Positions 1 to 10,000 of a stretch of 64,000 bases of DNA are shown piece by piece (the first letter of the stretch is position 1; every line of letters begins with the position of its first letter). Under the pieces are notes generated by a model. The model saw nothing but the letters and a program-made list of their open reading frames with translations. It made no database searches and was not told the DNA's origin. A program made the position numbers and the translations under genes. The stretch lies in contig CAVPSB010000025.1 in assembly GCA_963708025.1 (NCBI GenBank), positions 384,001 to 448,000 on the forward strand, in the 5' to 3' direction. Origin of the DNA: an uncultured Candidatus Rokubacteria bacterium. Lineage in GTDB: Bacteria > Methylomirabilota > Methylomirabilia > Rokubacteriales > DASRDR01.

Positions 1-329
1 AGCACTACCACGAGATGGCCCAGAAGGTCCAGGACATCGCCGGCGGGCTCCTGGTCACCGGGCCGGCCGAGGAGGACGTGACGGCGCCGGAGACGAAGGC
101 GTACGTGGAGCGCTACCTCGGGGGCAAGAAGGGGTTCGGCGCGACGAACCGGCTCCGGGTCATGAACCTGATCCGGGACCTGCTGACCTCGGACTTCGGC
201 GGCTACAACGAGGTGCTCTCGATCCACGCGGAGGGGTCGCTGGAGGCGCAGAAGCTGACCATCCTGCGGGAGTTCGACGCGACCCGGGCCCGGGCCTTCG
301 CGGCCCAGGTGGGGGCCCTCGGTGCTTAG
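1..329 (+). CDS. HpaB/4-hydroxybutyryl-CoA dehydratase family protein, C-terminal part (5' end outside window)
   Basis: QDIAGGLLVT.P...YVERYL...NRLRVMNLIRDL...IHAEGSLEAQK matches the C-terminus of the HpaB/AbfD family. Confidence 0.75.
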   Translation, partial: HYHEMAQKVQDIAGGLLVTGPAEEDVTAPETKAYVERYLGGKKGFGATNRLRVMNLIRDLLTSDFGGYNEVLSIHAEGSLEAQKLTILREFDATRARAFAAQVGALGA

Positions 330-921
330 GGCGCGCGCGCTCGGGATCCTCGCGGCGCTCGCGGTCCTCCTGGCCGGCGGCGAGGGGCTGGCCCAGGACA
401 AGATCGAGGGGAACAGCTACAGCAACGCGAAGTACGGCATCCAGATCACCAAGCCCGTGAGCTGGCATTTCATCACCGCGGCCACCATCGTCGACCTGGC
501 CAAGAAGGCCGGCGGGACCGTGAAGCTCCGCGGCGACGAGGACCCGGTCAAGCTGGCCGGCTTCGCGGTCGTCGTCTCCAAGGAGCCGACGCTCGGCCGC
601 GGCGTGCAGCCCCAGGTGGTGCTGCTGATCCACGAGCTGCCGGCGGCCCCGCCCGACATGGTGAAGGCGTGCGAGGGCCTCCGGAGCGGGATGACGGAGC
701 CGGAGACCCTGAAACCGACCCGCCCGGCGCAGGTGGCCGGTCGGCCGGCCGCCCGGCTCGACTTCCAGGGCATCGTGGACGGCGACGTGGTGCGGGCCAC
801 CGCGCTGTGCACGTTCAAGGACCGGCAGGCCTTCGTGGTCGTGGGGCAGGCGCTGGCCTCGGAGTTCGACTCCGAGTTCTCCTCCTTCGAGTCGATCCTG
901 GCGAGCTTCCGCCTCCGCTGA
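322..921 (+). CDS. Exported hypothetical protein, possibly PsbP/DcrB-like fold
   Basis: Signal peptide (..GLAQD); YSNAKYGIQITKPVSW near the N-terminus; ends FESILASFRLR. Confidence 0.6.
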   Translation: MLRARALGILAALAVLLAGGEGLAQDKIEGNSYSNAKYGIQITKPVSWHFITAATIVDLAKKAGGTVKLRGDEDPVKLAGFAVVVSKEPTLGRGVQPQVVLLIHELPAAPPDMVKACEGLRSGMTEPETLKPTRPAQVAGRPAARLDFQGIVDGDVVRATALCTFKDRQAFVVVGQALASEFDSEFSSFESILASFRLR

Positions 922-1090
922 GAGCGCGTGAAGGAATCGAGTCCTCCGGCTCCCCCCTCCCCCGGTGCCCGCCGGAGGGACGGGACGTCGCGAGGGCCGC
1001 AGGCCCGAGCCGTCCCCCAGGCCGAAGGCTGTCCGATCGATCCGGTCAGACGGGAGGGGGGTTGGGGGGGTAGGCGGGAGGTCTCGAACA
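922..1090 (+). repeat. C-tract/G-tract intergenic element, copy A (carries an insert of about 85 bp in the loop)
   Basis: gagcgcgtgaaggaat..ctccggctcccccctccccc..ggtaggcgggaggtc; shared with 11828-12008, 13100-13168 and 58206-58275(-). Confidence 0.8.
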
Positions 1091-1102
1091 GAGGGCCACG
1101 CG

Positions 1103-2245
1103 ATGCAGCGATACTACCTGACCGACGAGCAGCGCATGGTGATGGAGCTGGCCCGGTCGCTGGCCCGGGAGAAGATCGCGCCCATCGCCGCCCACCACGA
1201 CGAGACGGAGACCTACCCCGAGGAGGCCATGCGGCTCCTCGCCCAGCAGGGGCTCTTCGGCATCTGGGTGCCCGAGGCGTACGGCGGGACCGACATGGGG
1301 GCCCTGGCCGTCGCGCTGGTCGCCGAGGAGATCGCCTGGGCGTGCGCCGCCACCGCCACCAACTGGGGGGCGACGGTGCTCGGCGGCCATCCGATCGTGC
1401 TGGCCGGCACCGAGGAGCAGAAGCGGCGCTACCTGCCGCGGCTCGCGACCGGGGAGATCCTGGCCGCCTACTCGCTCTCCGAGCCGGGGGCCGGCTCGGA
1501 CGCGGCCAGCCTCCAGACGGTGGCGGTGCGCAAGGGCGACCGCTACGTGCTGAACGGGACCAAGCTCTGGTGCTCGAACGGCTCCAACGCCGGCGTCATC
1601 ACGCTCTTCGCGACGGTGGACCCGAAGAAGGGGCCCAAGGGGATCACCGCGTTCCTGGTCGAGCCGGGCTTCCCCGGCTTCGCCGTCGGCAAGAAGGAGC
1701 GGAAGATGGGCATCCGCGCCTCGCCGACAGTCGCCCTCCACCTCGCCGACTGCGAGGTGCCCGTGGAGAACCGCCTCGGCCAGGAGGGCGAGGGCTTCCG
1801 GATCGCCATGCGGACCCTCGACTTCACGCGGCCCATGACGGGGGCGACGGCGGTCGGGGTGGCCCAGGCCGCCCTCGACGCCGCCACCGACTACGCGAAG
1901 GAGCGACGACAGTTCGACCAGCCGATCGCCGCCTTCCAGGGGATCCAGTTCATGCTGGCCGACATGGCCATGCAGGTGCACGCCGCCCGGCTCATGGTCC
2001 ACCACGTGGCCAGCCTGGTGGACCGGGGCGCGTCGGCGACGGTGCTAGAGGCGTCGATGGCCAAGTGCTTCGCCGGCGACGCCGCCATGCGGGTGGCCAC
2101 CGACGCCGTGCAGGTCTTCGGCGGGGTCGGGTACACCCGCGAGTTCCCGGTCGAGCGCTTCATGCGGGACGCCAAGATCATGCAGATCTACGAGGGGACG
2201 AACCAGATCCAGCGCGTCGTCATCGCCCGGGAGCTGCTGAAGTAG
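1103..2245 (+). CDS. Acyl-CoA dehydrogenase
   Basis: SLSEPGAGSD, KMGIRASPT, ERRQFDQPI, RDAKIMQIYEGTNQIQR; start placed at MQRYYLTDEQ. Confidence 0.95.
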   Translation: MQRYYLTDEQRMVMELARSLAREKIAPIAAHHDETETYPEEAMRLLAQQGLFGIWVPEAYGGTDMGALAVALVAEEIAWACAATATNWGATVLGGHPIVLAGTEEQKRRYLPRLATGEILAAYSLSEPGAGSDAASLQTVAVRKGDRYVLNGTKLWCSNGSNAGVITLFATVDPKKGPKGITAFLVEPGFPGFAVGKKERKMGIRASPTVALHLADCEVPVENRLGQEGEGFRIAMRTLDFTRPMTGATAVGVAQAALDAATDYAKERRQFDQPIAAFQGIQFMLADMAMQVHAARLMVHHVASLVDRGASATVLEASMAKCFAGDAAMRVATDAVQVFGGVGYTREFPVERFMRDAKIMQIYEGTNQIQRVVIARELLK

Positions 2246-2319
2246 GGGGTCAGGCCTTTCATTCTTGTCATTCCCAGGGTCGGGTCCGCCAGATTGTTGA
2301 GAATGAAAGGCCTGACCCC
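2246..2319. repeat. REP-like 20-bp perfect inverted repeat
   Basis: ggggtcaggcctttcattct (2246-2265) / agaatgaaaggcctgacccc (2300-2319). Confidence 0.8.
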
Positions 2320-2335
2320 AGATCGAGGAGGAGGC

Positions 2336-3595
2336 ATGGGTCAAGTTGGCCGTCGAGGCTTTCTCGCTGGGGCTGCGGCGGGCGCGGCGGTGGTGGGCTT
2401 CCCGGCCGTTCTGCGGGCCCAGGCCAAGACCGTCAAGATCGGGGTCATCCACACGGTGACCGGCCCGCTGGCCGAGCCGGGGCAGGCCTGCCGTCTGGGC
2501 GCCCAGATGGCGGCCGACGCCATCAACGCCGCCGGCGGTATCAAGGCGCTGGGCGGGGCGAAGCTGGAGCTCCTGCTCGGCGACACCCAGACCAAGCAGG
2601 ACGTGGCCCGGGCCGAGGCGGAGCGGGTCATCAACGCCGGCGCCCAGATGCTGATGGGCACCTTCAACTCGGCCGACACCGCCGCCATCGTGCCGGTCGC
2701 CCAGCAGCGCCGGATCCCGTTCCTCGTGGACATCTCGGCCGCCGACCCCATCACCGCCAACGTCGCCAAGTCGGTCAAGGAAGGCCAGCAGAAGGTCCAG
2801 TACGTCTACCGGAACTTCCCCACCGGCGCCATGTTCGGCCAGCGGGCGGTCCAGTTCATGACCGAGATCTTCAAGGAGGCCGGGGTCGCGCCGAAGCGCG
2901 TCGTGCTGATGTACGCCAACGACCTGTTCGGCCAGAACCAGGCCCGGTCCTTCCAGGCGGCCCACAAGGCGATGAGCCCGGCCTTCGACATCGTCGAGGT
3001 CATCGCGTGGCCGGAGCCGCCCACCGACCTGTCGACCGAAGTCGGCAAGCTGAAGGCCGCCAGGCCGGACGTCATCGCCCCCATCACCCGGCCGGCCAGC
3101 GCCCTGCTTCTCCTCCAGGAGCTGGCCAAGCAGCGGGTGGAGGCGATGGGCGTGGTCAGCCCCGGCTCGCCGGGCCTCTACGAGGCGGGCCAGATCGCCC
3201 AGCTCAAGGAGCTGATCGAGCGCGTGATGGACAACGTGCCGTGGCCGAACTTCAAGAACCCGAAGACGCGCGCCGTCGCCGAGGAATACGCCAAGCGCTC
3301 GGGGGGCAAGACCTTCGACACCAACTCCGGCTACTCCTACGACGGCATGCAGATCGTCGCCGACGTGCTGGAGCGCGCCAAGTCGACCGAGGCGGACGCC
3401 ATCGTCGACGCCATGAAGAAGACGAGCTTCGGCGGCGGGCTCATGGTCTCGACCGGTCCGGTCGTCTTCAACGAGATCGGCGACAACCCGAACGCCTCCA
3501 CCGCGATGATCCAGATCCTCGGCCAGAAGCCGGTCGTGATCTGGCCCAAGGACGCCGCCGAGCAGAAGCTCGTCTTCCCCGCCCGCAAGGCGTGA
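2336..3595 (+). CDS. Branched-chain amino acid-type ABC substrate-binding protein, Tat-exported
   Basis: GRRGFL twin-arginine signal, VKIGVIHTVTGPLA, INAAGGIKALGG; RBS GAGGAGG upstream. Confidence 0.9.
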   Translation: MGQVGRRGFLAGAAAGAAVVGFPAVLRAQAKTVKIGVIHTVTGPLAEPGQACRLGAQMAADAINAAGGIKALGGAKLELLLGDTQTKQDVARAEAERVINAGAQMLMGTFNSADTAAIVPVAQQRRIPFLVDISAADPITANVAKSVKEGQQKVQYVYRNFPTGAMFGQRAVQFMTEIFKEAGVAPKRVVLMYANDLFGQNQARSFQAAHKAMSPAFDIVEVIAWPEPPTDLSTEVGKLKAARPDVIAPITRPASALLLLQELAKQRVEAMGVVSPGSPGLYEAGQIAQLKELIERVMDNVPWPNFKNPKTRAVAEEYAKRSGGKTFDTNSGYSYDGMQIVADVLERAKSTEADAIVDAMKKTSFGGGLMVSTGPVVFNEIGDNPNASTAMIQILGQKPVVIWPKDAAEQKLVFPARKA

Positions 3596-3606
3596 CCCCG
3601 TCCCGC

Positions 3607-3636
3607 ACCCTCTCCGTCGCGGTGGAGGGAGAGGGT
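3607..3636. repeat. Intergenic hairpin (accctctcc..ggagagggt, REP-like)
   Basis: Inverted repeat just after the SBP stop; related to 16171-16205. Confidence 0.55.
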
Positions 3637-3650
3637 GTGGAGGGTCCTCG

Positions 3651-4520
3651 GTGGATCTGATCCTCGTCGCCCAGGGGCTGCTGAACGGCCTCCTCTTCGG
3701 CGGCGTCTACAGCCTGATGGCCGTCGGCCTCACCCTGATCTTCGGCGTCATGCGGGTGATCAACTTCGCCCACGGCGACATGATGATCTGGGGGATGTAC
3801 CTGGCCTGGCTCCTGGCGACGCGCCTGGGCATCGATCCCTACCTGGGCTTCGTCGCCTGCGCGGCGGCGCTGTTCGTCTTCGGGCTCCTGCTGCAGCGCG
3901 GGCTGGTGGACCGGATCGTCGACGCCCCGCACGAGATGCAGATCCTCCTGATGCTCGGGGTCGCCCTGGTGCTGGAGAACGTCGCGCTGTCGATCTTCGG
4001 CCCCGACCCCCAGCGGGTCCGCTCTCCGCTGGCGCTGGCCACGATCTGGCTGGGGCCGGTCTTCCTGGACGTGGCCCGCCTCGTCACCTTCGGGGTGGCG
4101 ATCGGGCTCACGTTCCTGCTCTACCTCTTTCTCACCCGGACCGATGCCGGCAAGACGGTCCGGGCGGCCGCCGACAACGCGTACGGCGCCCTGGTGGTGG
4201 GGATCGACGTGCGCCGCGTCTACGCGATCGCCTTCGGGGTCGGCGCCGCCTGCGTGGGCGCCGCCGGCGCGCTGGTGGCGCCGATCCTGCCGTTCCAGCC
4301 GTTCGCCGGGCTGGGGGCGTCGGTGACCTCGTTCAACATCGTGATCATCGGGGGCATGGGGAGCCTGGTGGGCGCGTTCGTCGGTGGGCTCCTGGTGGCG
4401 GTGGCCGAGTCCCTGGGCGCCGTCTTCCTCTCGCCGTCGCTCAAGGAGCTGGTGAGCTTCTCGCTCCTCATCCTGATCCTGCTGTTCCGGCCGACGGGCC
4501 TCTTCGGGCGCCGCTCGTGA
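3651..4520 (+). CDS. livH: Branched-chain amino acid ABC permease
   Basis: GLTLIFGVMRVINFAHG; IIGGMGSL. Confidence 0.9.
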   Translation: MDLILVAQGLLNGLLFGGVYSLMAVGLTLIFGVMRVINFAHGDMMIWGMYLAWLLATRLGIDPYLGFVACAAALFVFGLLLQRGLVDRIVDAPHEMQILLMLGVALVLENVALSIFGPDPQRVRSPLALATIWLGPVFLDVARLVTFGVAIGLTFLLYLFLTRTDAGKTVRAAADNAYGALVVGIDVRRVYAIAFGVGAACVGAAGALVAPILPFQPFAGLGASVTSFNIVIIGGMGSLVGAFVGGLLVAVAESLGAVFLSPSLKELVSFSLLILILLFRPTGLFGRRS

Positions 4521-5479
4521 ATCGGCTCGCCGGCGGGCTGCTGGCGGCGGCCACCCTCGTCCTGCTCGTGCTCCCGGCGGTGCTCGGGTCCCGCGCGCTG
4601 GCTCTCTTCGTCTCCATCTTCTTCTACGCCTACCTGGGCCAGGCCTGGAACCTGATCAGCGGGTACGGCGGCCAGCTCTCCGCCGGCCACGCTGCGTTCG
4701 TCGGCGTCGGCGCCTACACCACGACGATGCTCGCGATGCACGCCGGCGTCTCCCCCTGGCTCGGGATGCTCGCCGGGGCGGCGCTGGCCGGGCTCCTCGG
4801 CGCGGTGGTCGGGCTCCTCGGCTTCCGCTTCGGCCTGCGGGGCTTCTACTTCGTGCTCCTCACCGTGGCCTTCGCCGAGGTCTGCCGCATCGTCGCGCTG
4901 AACACCGAGGCGATCGGGGGCGCCGTCGGCCTCTACATCCCCTTCACCGGGAATCCCTGGCAGCTCCAGTTCCAGGACAACCGCGGTTACTACTACGTCG
5001 CGCTCGGGCTGATGATCCTCGGCACCTCGGTGGTGGCGCTGGTCGAGCGGAGCCGGCTCGGCGCCTACCTGGCGGCGATCCGAGAGGACCAGGACGCCGC
5101 CGAGGCTCTCGGTGTCGACACCTTCCGCCACAAGCTGATCGCCATCGTGCTCTCGGCGTTCCTGACCGGGCTGGGCGGGGCCTTCTACGCGAACTACCTG
5201 TTCTCGCTCCAGCCGAACGCGGTCTTCGGGATCCCGCTCTCGGTCGACATCATCCTCCGGCCGATCGTCGGCGGGGCCGGCACGCTCATGGGGCCGATCC
5301 TGGGCTCCTTCATCCTCTCGCCGCTCGCCGAGCTGTCCCGGAGCTACTTCGCCCAGGCCGGGCTGGTCGGCACCCACCTGGTCGCCTACGGGCTCTTGCT
5401 GATCGCCGTGGTCCTCTTCCTGCCGCGCGGCGCCTACCCGCTGCTAGCGCGCGCGCTGGGTTTGGGGAAAACCCCTTGA
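4517..5479 (+). CDS. livM: Branched-chain amino acid ABC permease
   Basis: GTG overlaps the livH stop; WNLISGYGGQLSAGHAAF, AIREDQDAAEALGV (C-terminal part of ORF 3635..5479). Confidence 0.9.
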   Translation: MNRLAGGLLAAATLVLLVLPAVLGSRALALFVSIFFYAYLGQAWNLISGYGGQLSAGHAAFVGVGAYTTTMLAMHAGVSPWLGMLAGAALAGLLGAVVGLLGFRFGLRGFYFVLLTVAFAEVCRIVALNTEAIGGAVGLYIPFTGNPWQLQFQDNRGYYYVALGLMILGTSVVALVERSRLGAYLAAIREDQDAAEALGVDTFRHKLIAIVLSAFLTGLGGAFYANYLFSLQPNAVFGIPLSVDIILRPIVGGAGTLMGPILGSFILSPLAELSRSYFAQAGLVGTHLVAYGLLLIAVVLFLPRGAYPLLARALGLGKTP

Positions 5480-6210
5480 TGGCACCGCTGCTGGAGGTCC
5501 GCGACGTCGAGAAGCGGTTCGGCGGGGTCCAGGCGCTCGGCGGCGTCAGCCTCGACGTGGAGCCGGGCGAGATCGTCGGCCTGATCGGCCCGAACGGCGC
5601 CGGCAAGACCACGCTCTTCCACCTGGTGTCGGGCTTCGTCGCGCCCGACCGCGGCGCCGTCCGGCTCGACGGGGTGCCGACCGCCGGCCTCAAGCCGCAC
5701 GCCCTCTGCCAGCGGGGGCTGGCGCGGACCTTCCAGATCGTCAAGCCGTTCCAGGGGCTCACGGTGCTCGAGAACGTCCGCGTCGGCGCCCTGGCCCGGG
5801 CCTCGAGCTTCGCCGACGCCACCGCGCGGGCCCGGGACGTCGTGGGCTTCGTTGGCCTCGGCGCCAAGACGGGCGACCCCGCCCGGACCCTCACCCTCGC
5901 CGAGCGCAAGCGCCTCGAGCTGGCGCGGGCCCTGGCCACCGAGCCGCGCCTCCTCCTGCTCGACGAGGTGATGGCCGGGCTGAACGCGACCGAGACCGGG
6001 CAGGTGGTCGAGCTGTGCCGCCGCATCAACGCGCGCGGCGTGGCGATCCTCCTGATCGAGCACGTGATGCGGGCCGTCATGACGCTCTCCCACCGCGTGG
6101 TGGTGCTGAGCCAGGGGCGACTGATCGCCGAGGGCCCGCCGGCGGCGATCGTCGGGGACCGGCGGGTCATCGAGGCCTACCTGGGAGAGGAGTACGATGC
6201 GCGGGCGTAG
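5476..6210 (+). CDS. livG: ABC ATP-binding protein
   Basis: GPNGAGKTT, LLLLDEVMAG, IEHVM, VIEAYLG. Confidence 0.9.
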   Translation: MMAPLLEVRDVEKRFGGVQALGGVSLDVEPGEIVGLIGPNGAGKTTLFHLVSGFVAPDRGAVRLDGVPTAGLKPHALCQRGLARTFQIVKPFQGLTVLENVRVGALARASSFADATARARDVVGFVGLGAKTGDPARTLTLAERKRLELARALATEPRLLLLDEVMAGLNATETGQVVELCRRINARGVAILLIEHVMRAVMTLSHRVVVLSQGRLIAEGPPAAIVGDRRVIEAYLGEEYDARA

Positions 6211-7009
6211 CGTCCGAGGACTTCGTGGAAGGCTGGCGGCGAACGACCCCCAGGTGGGGGAGGTCCAGGAGGGGGAGTGGTTGGGACTCCCCCTCCTGAT
6301 CGACTTGCTCACGGTTGAGGGGCTGGCCGCCGGGTACGGGGACCTGCTGGCCGTCCGGTCGGTCTCCCTGGAGGTGCGGGAGGGCGAGTGCGTGGCCCTC
6401 ATCGGCGCCAACGGCGCCGGCAAGACCACCACCCTGCGCGCCATCTCCGGGCTCGTCCCGATTCGAGCCGGCCGGGTGCTGCTCGACGGCGAGTCGCTGG
6501 CCGGCCTCTCGACGCGCCGCGTCGTGGAGCGGGGCCTGGCCCACGTCCCGGAGGGCCGCCAGGTCTTTCCCTCGCTGACCGTGCGGGAGAACCTCGAGAT
6601 GGGGGCCCGCAGTCCGTCGGCGCGCGCTGCCCGAAATGCCAGCTTCGACACGGTGTTCGGCCTCTTCCCGCGGCTTCGGGAGCGCGAGCGCCAGCCTGCC
6701 GGCACTCTCTCCGGGGGAGAGCAGCAGATGCTGGCGATCGGCCGCGGCCTGATGGCCCGGCCCCGGCTGCTGCTCCTCGACGAGCCCTCCCTCGGGCTGG
6801 CCCCGCTCATGGTCGGCGCGATCTTTCAAATAGTCGAGACGGTGAACCGCCAGGGGACTACAATCCTGCTCGTCGAGCAGAACGTTCCCCGGGCCCTCCA
6901 GCTCTGCCACCGCGGTTACGTGCTCGAGAACGGGGAGGTCACCCTCACCGGGCAACGAGAAGAGCTGCTGGGATCGGGATTTATCCGTCAGGCCTATCTC
7001 GGGTTGTAG
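6197..7009 (+). CDS. livF: ABC ATP-binding protein (true start may be near 6305)
   Basis: GANGAGKTT, VPEGRQVF, LSGGEQQMLAIGR, LDEPSLGLAP. Confidence 0.9.
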   Translation: MRGRSVRGLRGRLAANDPQVGEVQEGEWLGLPLLIDLLTVEGLAAGYGDLLAVRSVSLEVREGECVALIGANGAGKTTTLRAISGLVPIRAGRVLLDGESLAGLSTRRVVERGLAHVPEGRQVFPSLTVRENLEMGARSPSARAARNASFDTVFGLFPRLRERERQPAGTLSGGEQQMLAIGRGLMARPRLLLLDEPSLGLAPLMVGAIFQIVETVNRQGTTILLVEQNVPRALQLCHRGYVLENGEVTLTGQREELLGSGFIRQAYLGL

Positions 7010-7024
7010 CTTCGAGGACACTGA

Positions 7025-10000
7025 GTGGCCATACCCAGCCGGCGCACCGGCCGGACCCGGCGTCCCGCGAGCCCTCGGTCGGCGTCCGGTGGACTCCGGT
7101 CGCGGGGCCGCACCGACCGGGCGAGGGTCGCGGACCGGGCGCTCATCGCCCTGGGCGAGGCGGCCACCGCCGGGCTGACGCCCGACCAGATGCTGGAGCT
7201 GGTGGCGGCGGCGGCCCGGGCCCTGACCGGCGAGGCGACCGTGCACCTCTGGCTGGTCAACGACGAGCGCCGGGAGCTGCGTCTCGTCGCCGAATCGGGG
7301 CGGCGGCCCGGGCGGGCCGGGAAGGCGCTCCGGCCGCGGCTCAAGTTCAACGAGGGCCTCGTGGGCGAAGTGGCGCGCACCCGTGAGCCGCTCGTGCTGC
7401 CCTCGCTGCGGGACGACCGGCGCCTCGCCAACCCGGAATGGGTGCGGGACCAGGGCTTCGTCTCCTTCGCCGGGGTGCCATTCGCCCGCGCCGACCACCT
7501 GCTCGGCGTGCTCTCCGTCTTCACCTGGCGGCGCCACCGCTTCACCCGCCGCGACGTGGACCTGCTCCGCTCGTTCGCGAGACACGCCGCCCTCGCGCTG
7601 GAGAGCGCGGCCCTGTTCGAGGCGGCCACCAGCCGGCTGCGGCGACTGGAGGCCCTGCGCGAGATCGAGCGCGAGATCTCCCAGCAGCGCGAGCCAGACG
7701 CCCTGCTCGGCCTGATCGTCCGGCGGGCCACCGAGCTGCTCGAGGCGGACTCGGCAACGGTGTTCCTCCTCGACGAGGGCGCCGGCGTCCTCCGACCCCA
7801 TGCGTCGTTCAACCCGCCACCCGGCCTGCGCGAGGTCGCTCTCGGCGAGGGCGTGGTCGGCCTCATCGCGCTCCGGCGGGAAGGCATGATCGTCAACGAC
7901 TACCCGCGCTCGCCCTACGCGATCGCGCCGTACCGGGACCTCGACAGCGCCATCGTCGCCCAGCCCCTGCTGGTCGGCATGGCGGTCGGTGGCGTCATCC
8001 TCGTCCGGCGCAAGGTCGCCGGCCCGCCCTTCGCGGAGGCCGACCTGGTGCAGCTCGGCGACTTCGCCATCCAGGCGTCGATCGCCCTGGAGAACGTCCG
8101 GCTCCTGCGCCTGGCCTCGGCCCGGGCCGAGCGGGTCAAGGCGGCGGCCGAGGTGGGCCGGCTGCTCGCCTCCACGCTCGACGCCGACCGGATCCTGGAC
8201 GTGATCGCCGAGAAGTGCCGGGAGATCCTCGGCGCCCACGCCTTCGGGATGTTCCGCCTCGACGCCGACGGCAGCCTCTGCTACGTCCGGGGCTTCGGGC
8301 TGGACGACGACTTCGTCCGCCACCACACCTTCGCCCTGGGCGAGGGCGTCGTCGGCAAGGCCGCCCTGGAGCGTCGCTCCGTCCAGACGGCGAACCTCCT
8401 CACCGATCCGGCCATCCGGCTCTCGCCGGAGCTGCGCGCCCAGCTCGAGCGCGCCGGCTCCCGCGCCCTGATCGCCACGCCCATCCTGATCCGGACCCAG
8501 GTGCTCGGCGTGCTCGCGGTGTACCATCTCCCGGGCTCCCGGATCCCGGCCGAGGAGAGCGAGTTCCTGGAGATCCTCGCCCACCACGCGGCGGCGGCCC
8601 TCGAGAATGCCCGGCTCTTCACCCAGGCCCGCCGCCGGCAGGAGAGCGCCGAGACCCTGGCGGCGCTCACCCAGACGCTGACCGGCTCCCTCGACCTCTC
8701 CACCGTGCTCTCCTTGGTGGCCGACGGCGTCCGCCGGCTCCTGGGCTCGGACGGCGGGGCGGTCGGCCTGGTCGAGCCCGACGGCGCCATCCGGCTCACC
8801 ACGGCGGTCGGCCTCGCCGTGGACGCGTTCCGGGACGCCGTCATCCGCCCCGGCCGGGGGGTCGGAGGTCGGGTCCTCGAGATGCGGGCGCCCTTCTGGA
8901 CGACCGACTACCTGACCGACCCGCGCATCACCCGGGACTTCGCCGATCAGGTGCGGGCGACCGGGCTGGTCGGCGAGCTGGCGGTCCCGGTCATCGTGCG
9001 CGACGAGGTGGTCGGCGTCCTGTGGGCTCTCTTCGGCCGGCCGACCGAGATCACCGAGGAGGACGTCGGGCTGGCGTCGGATCTCGCCCAGGTCGTGGCG
9101 GTGGCCCTGGACAACGCGCGGCTCTACGAGGAGGCGCGCCAGAGCGCGGCCGAGGCCCGGACGCTCTTCGAGGTCGGCCGGCTCATCGCCGCCACCCTCG
9201 ACCCGGAGCGGGTCCTCGACGTCATCGTCGAGAAGGTCCGGGGGCTCATGGGCGCGCCGGCCTGCGGGCTCTTCCGGCTCGACGCCGAGGGGCTCCTGCG
9301 CTTCGCCCGCGGCGCCGGCCTGTCGCCGGAGATCCTGGAGGGGCTCGCGGTTCGGCTGGGCGAGGGCACCTCGGGGCGATCCGTGGTTGACGGCGTGCCG
9401 GTGTGGACCACCGACCTCCTCACCGACCCGCAGGTGCGGCTCGATGCGCGGTCGCGGGCGCTGGTCGAGAAGGAGGGCTTCCGGGCAGTCCTGTCGGTGC
9501 CGGTCTGGATCAAGGACGCGCCGTACGGGTGTCTGGCGACGTACTGGTGGGAGCCGCACGCGGCCACGCCGCGCGAGGTCGAGCGACTGTCCTCGCTCGC
9601 GACGCTGGCGGCGGTGGCGCTGGAGAACGCGCGGCTGTACGTGGAGCTTCGGGAGAACGTGGGCCGCCTGGAGCGGCTGAACCAGGTCAACCGGGCGGTC
9701 TCGGCCTCCCTCCGCCTCGACGAGGTCCTCGGTCAGGTCGCGCAGGCCACCGCCTCGCTCCTCGGGGTCCCGGTCGTCACCCTGTGGGTCGCCGACGAGG
9801 AGCGTCGCATGCTCACGCGACGGGCCGGCGTCGGCGACCCGGAGCTGCTGGCCGCGATCCCCACCGACCGCGCCTACGGGGAAGGGGCGGTCGGCTGGGT
9901 CGCCGAGCACCGGCGGCCGCTCCTCGACGCTCCGGTCGGCGAGGACCGGCGGGTCCTCCGGGCCGAGATGCTCCGGCCCCGGGGCATCACCCTGGTCAGT

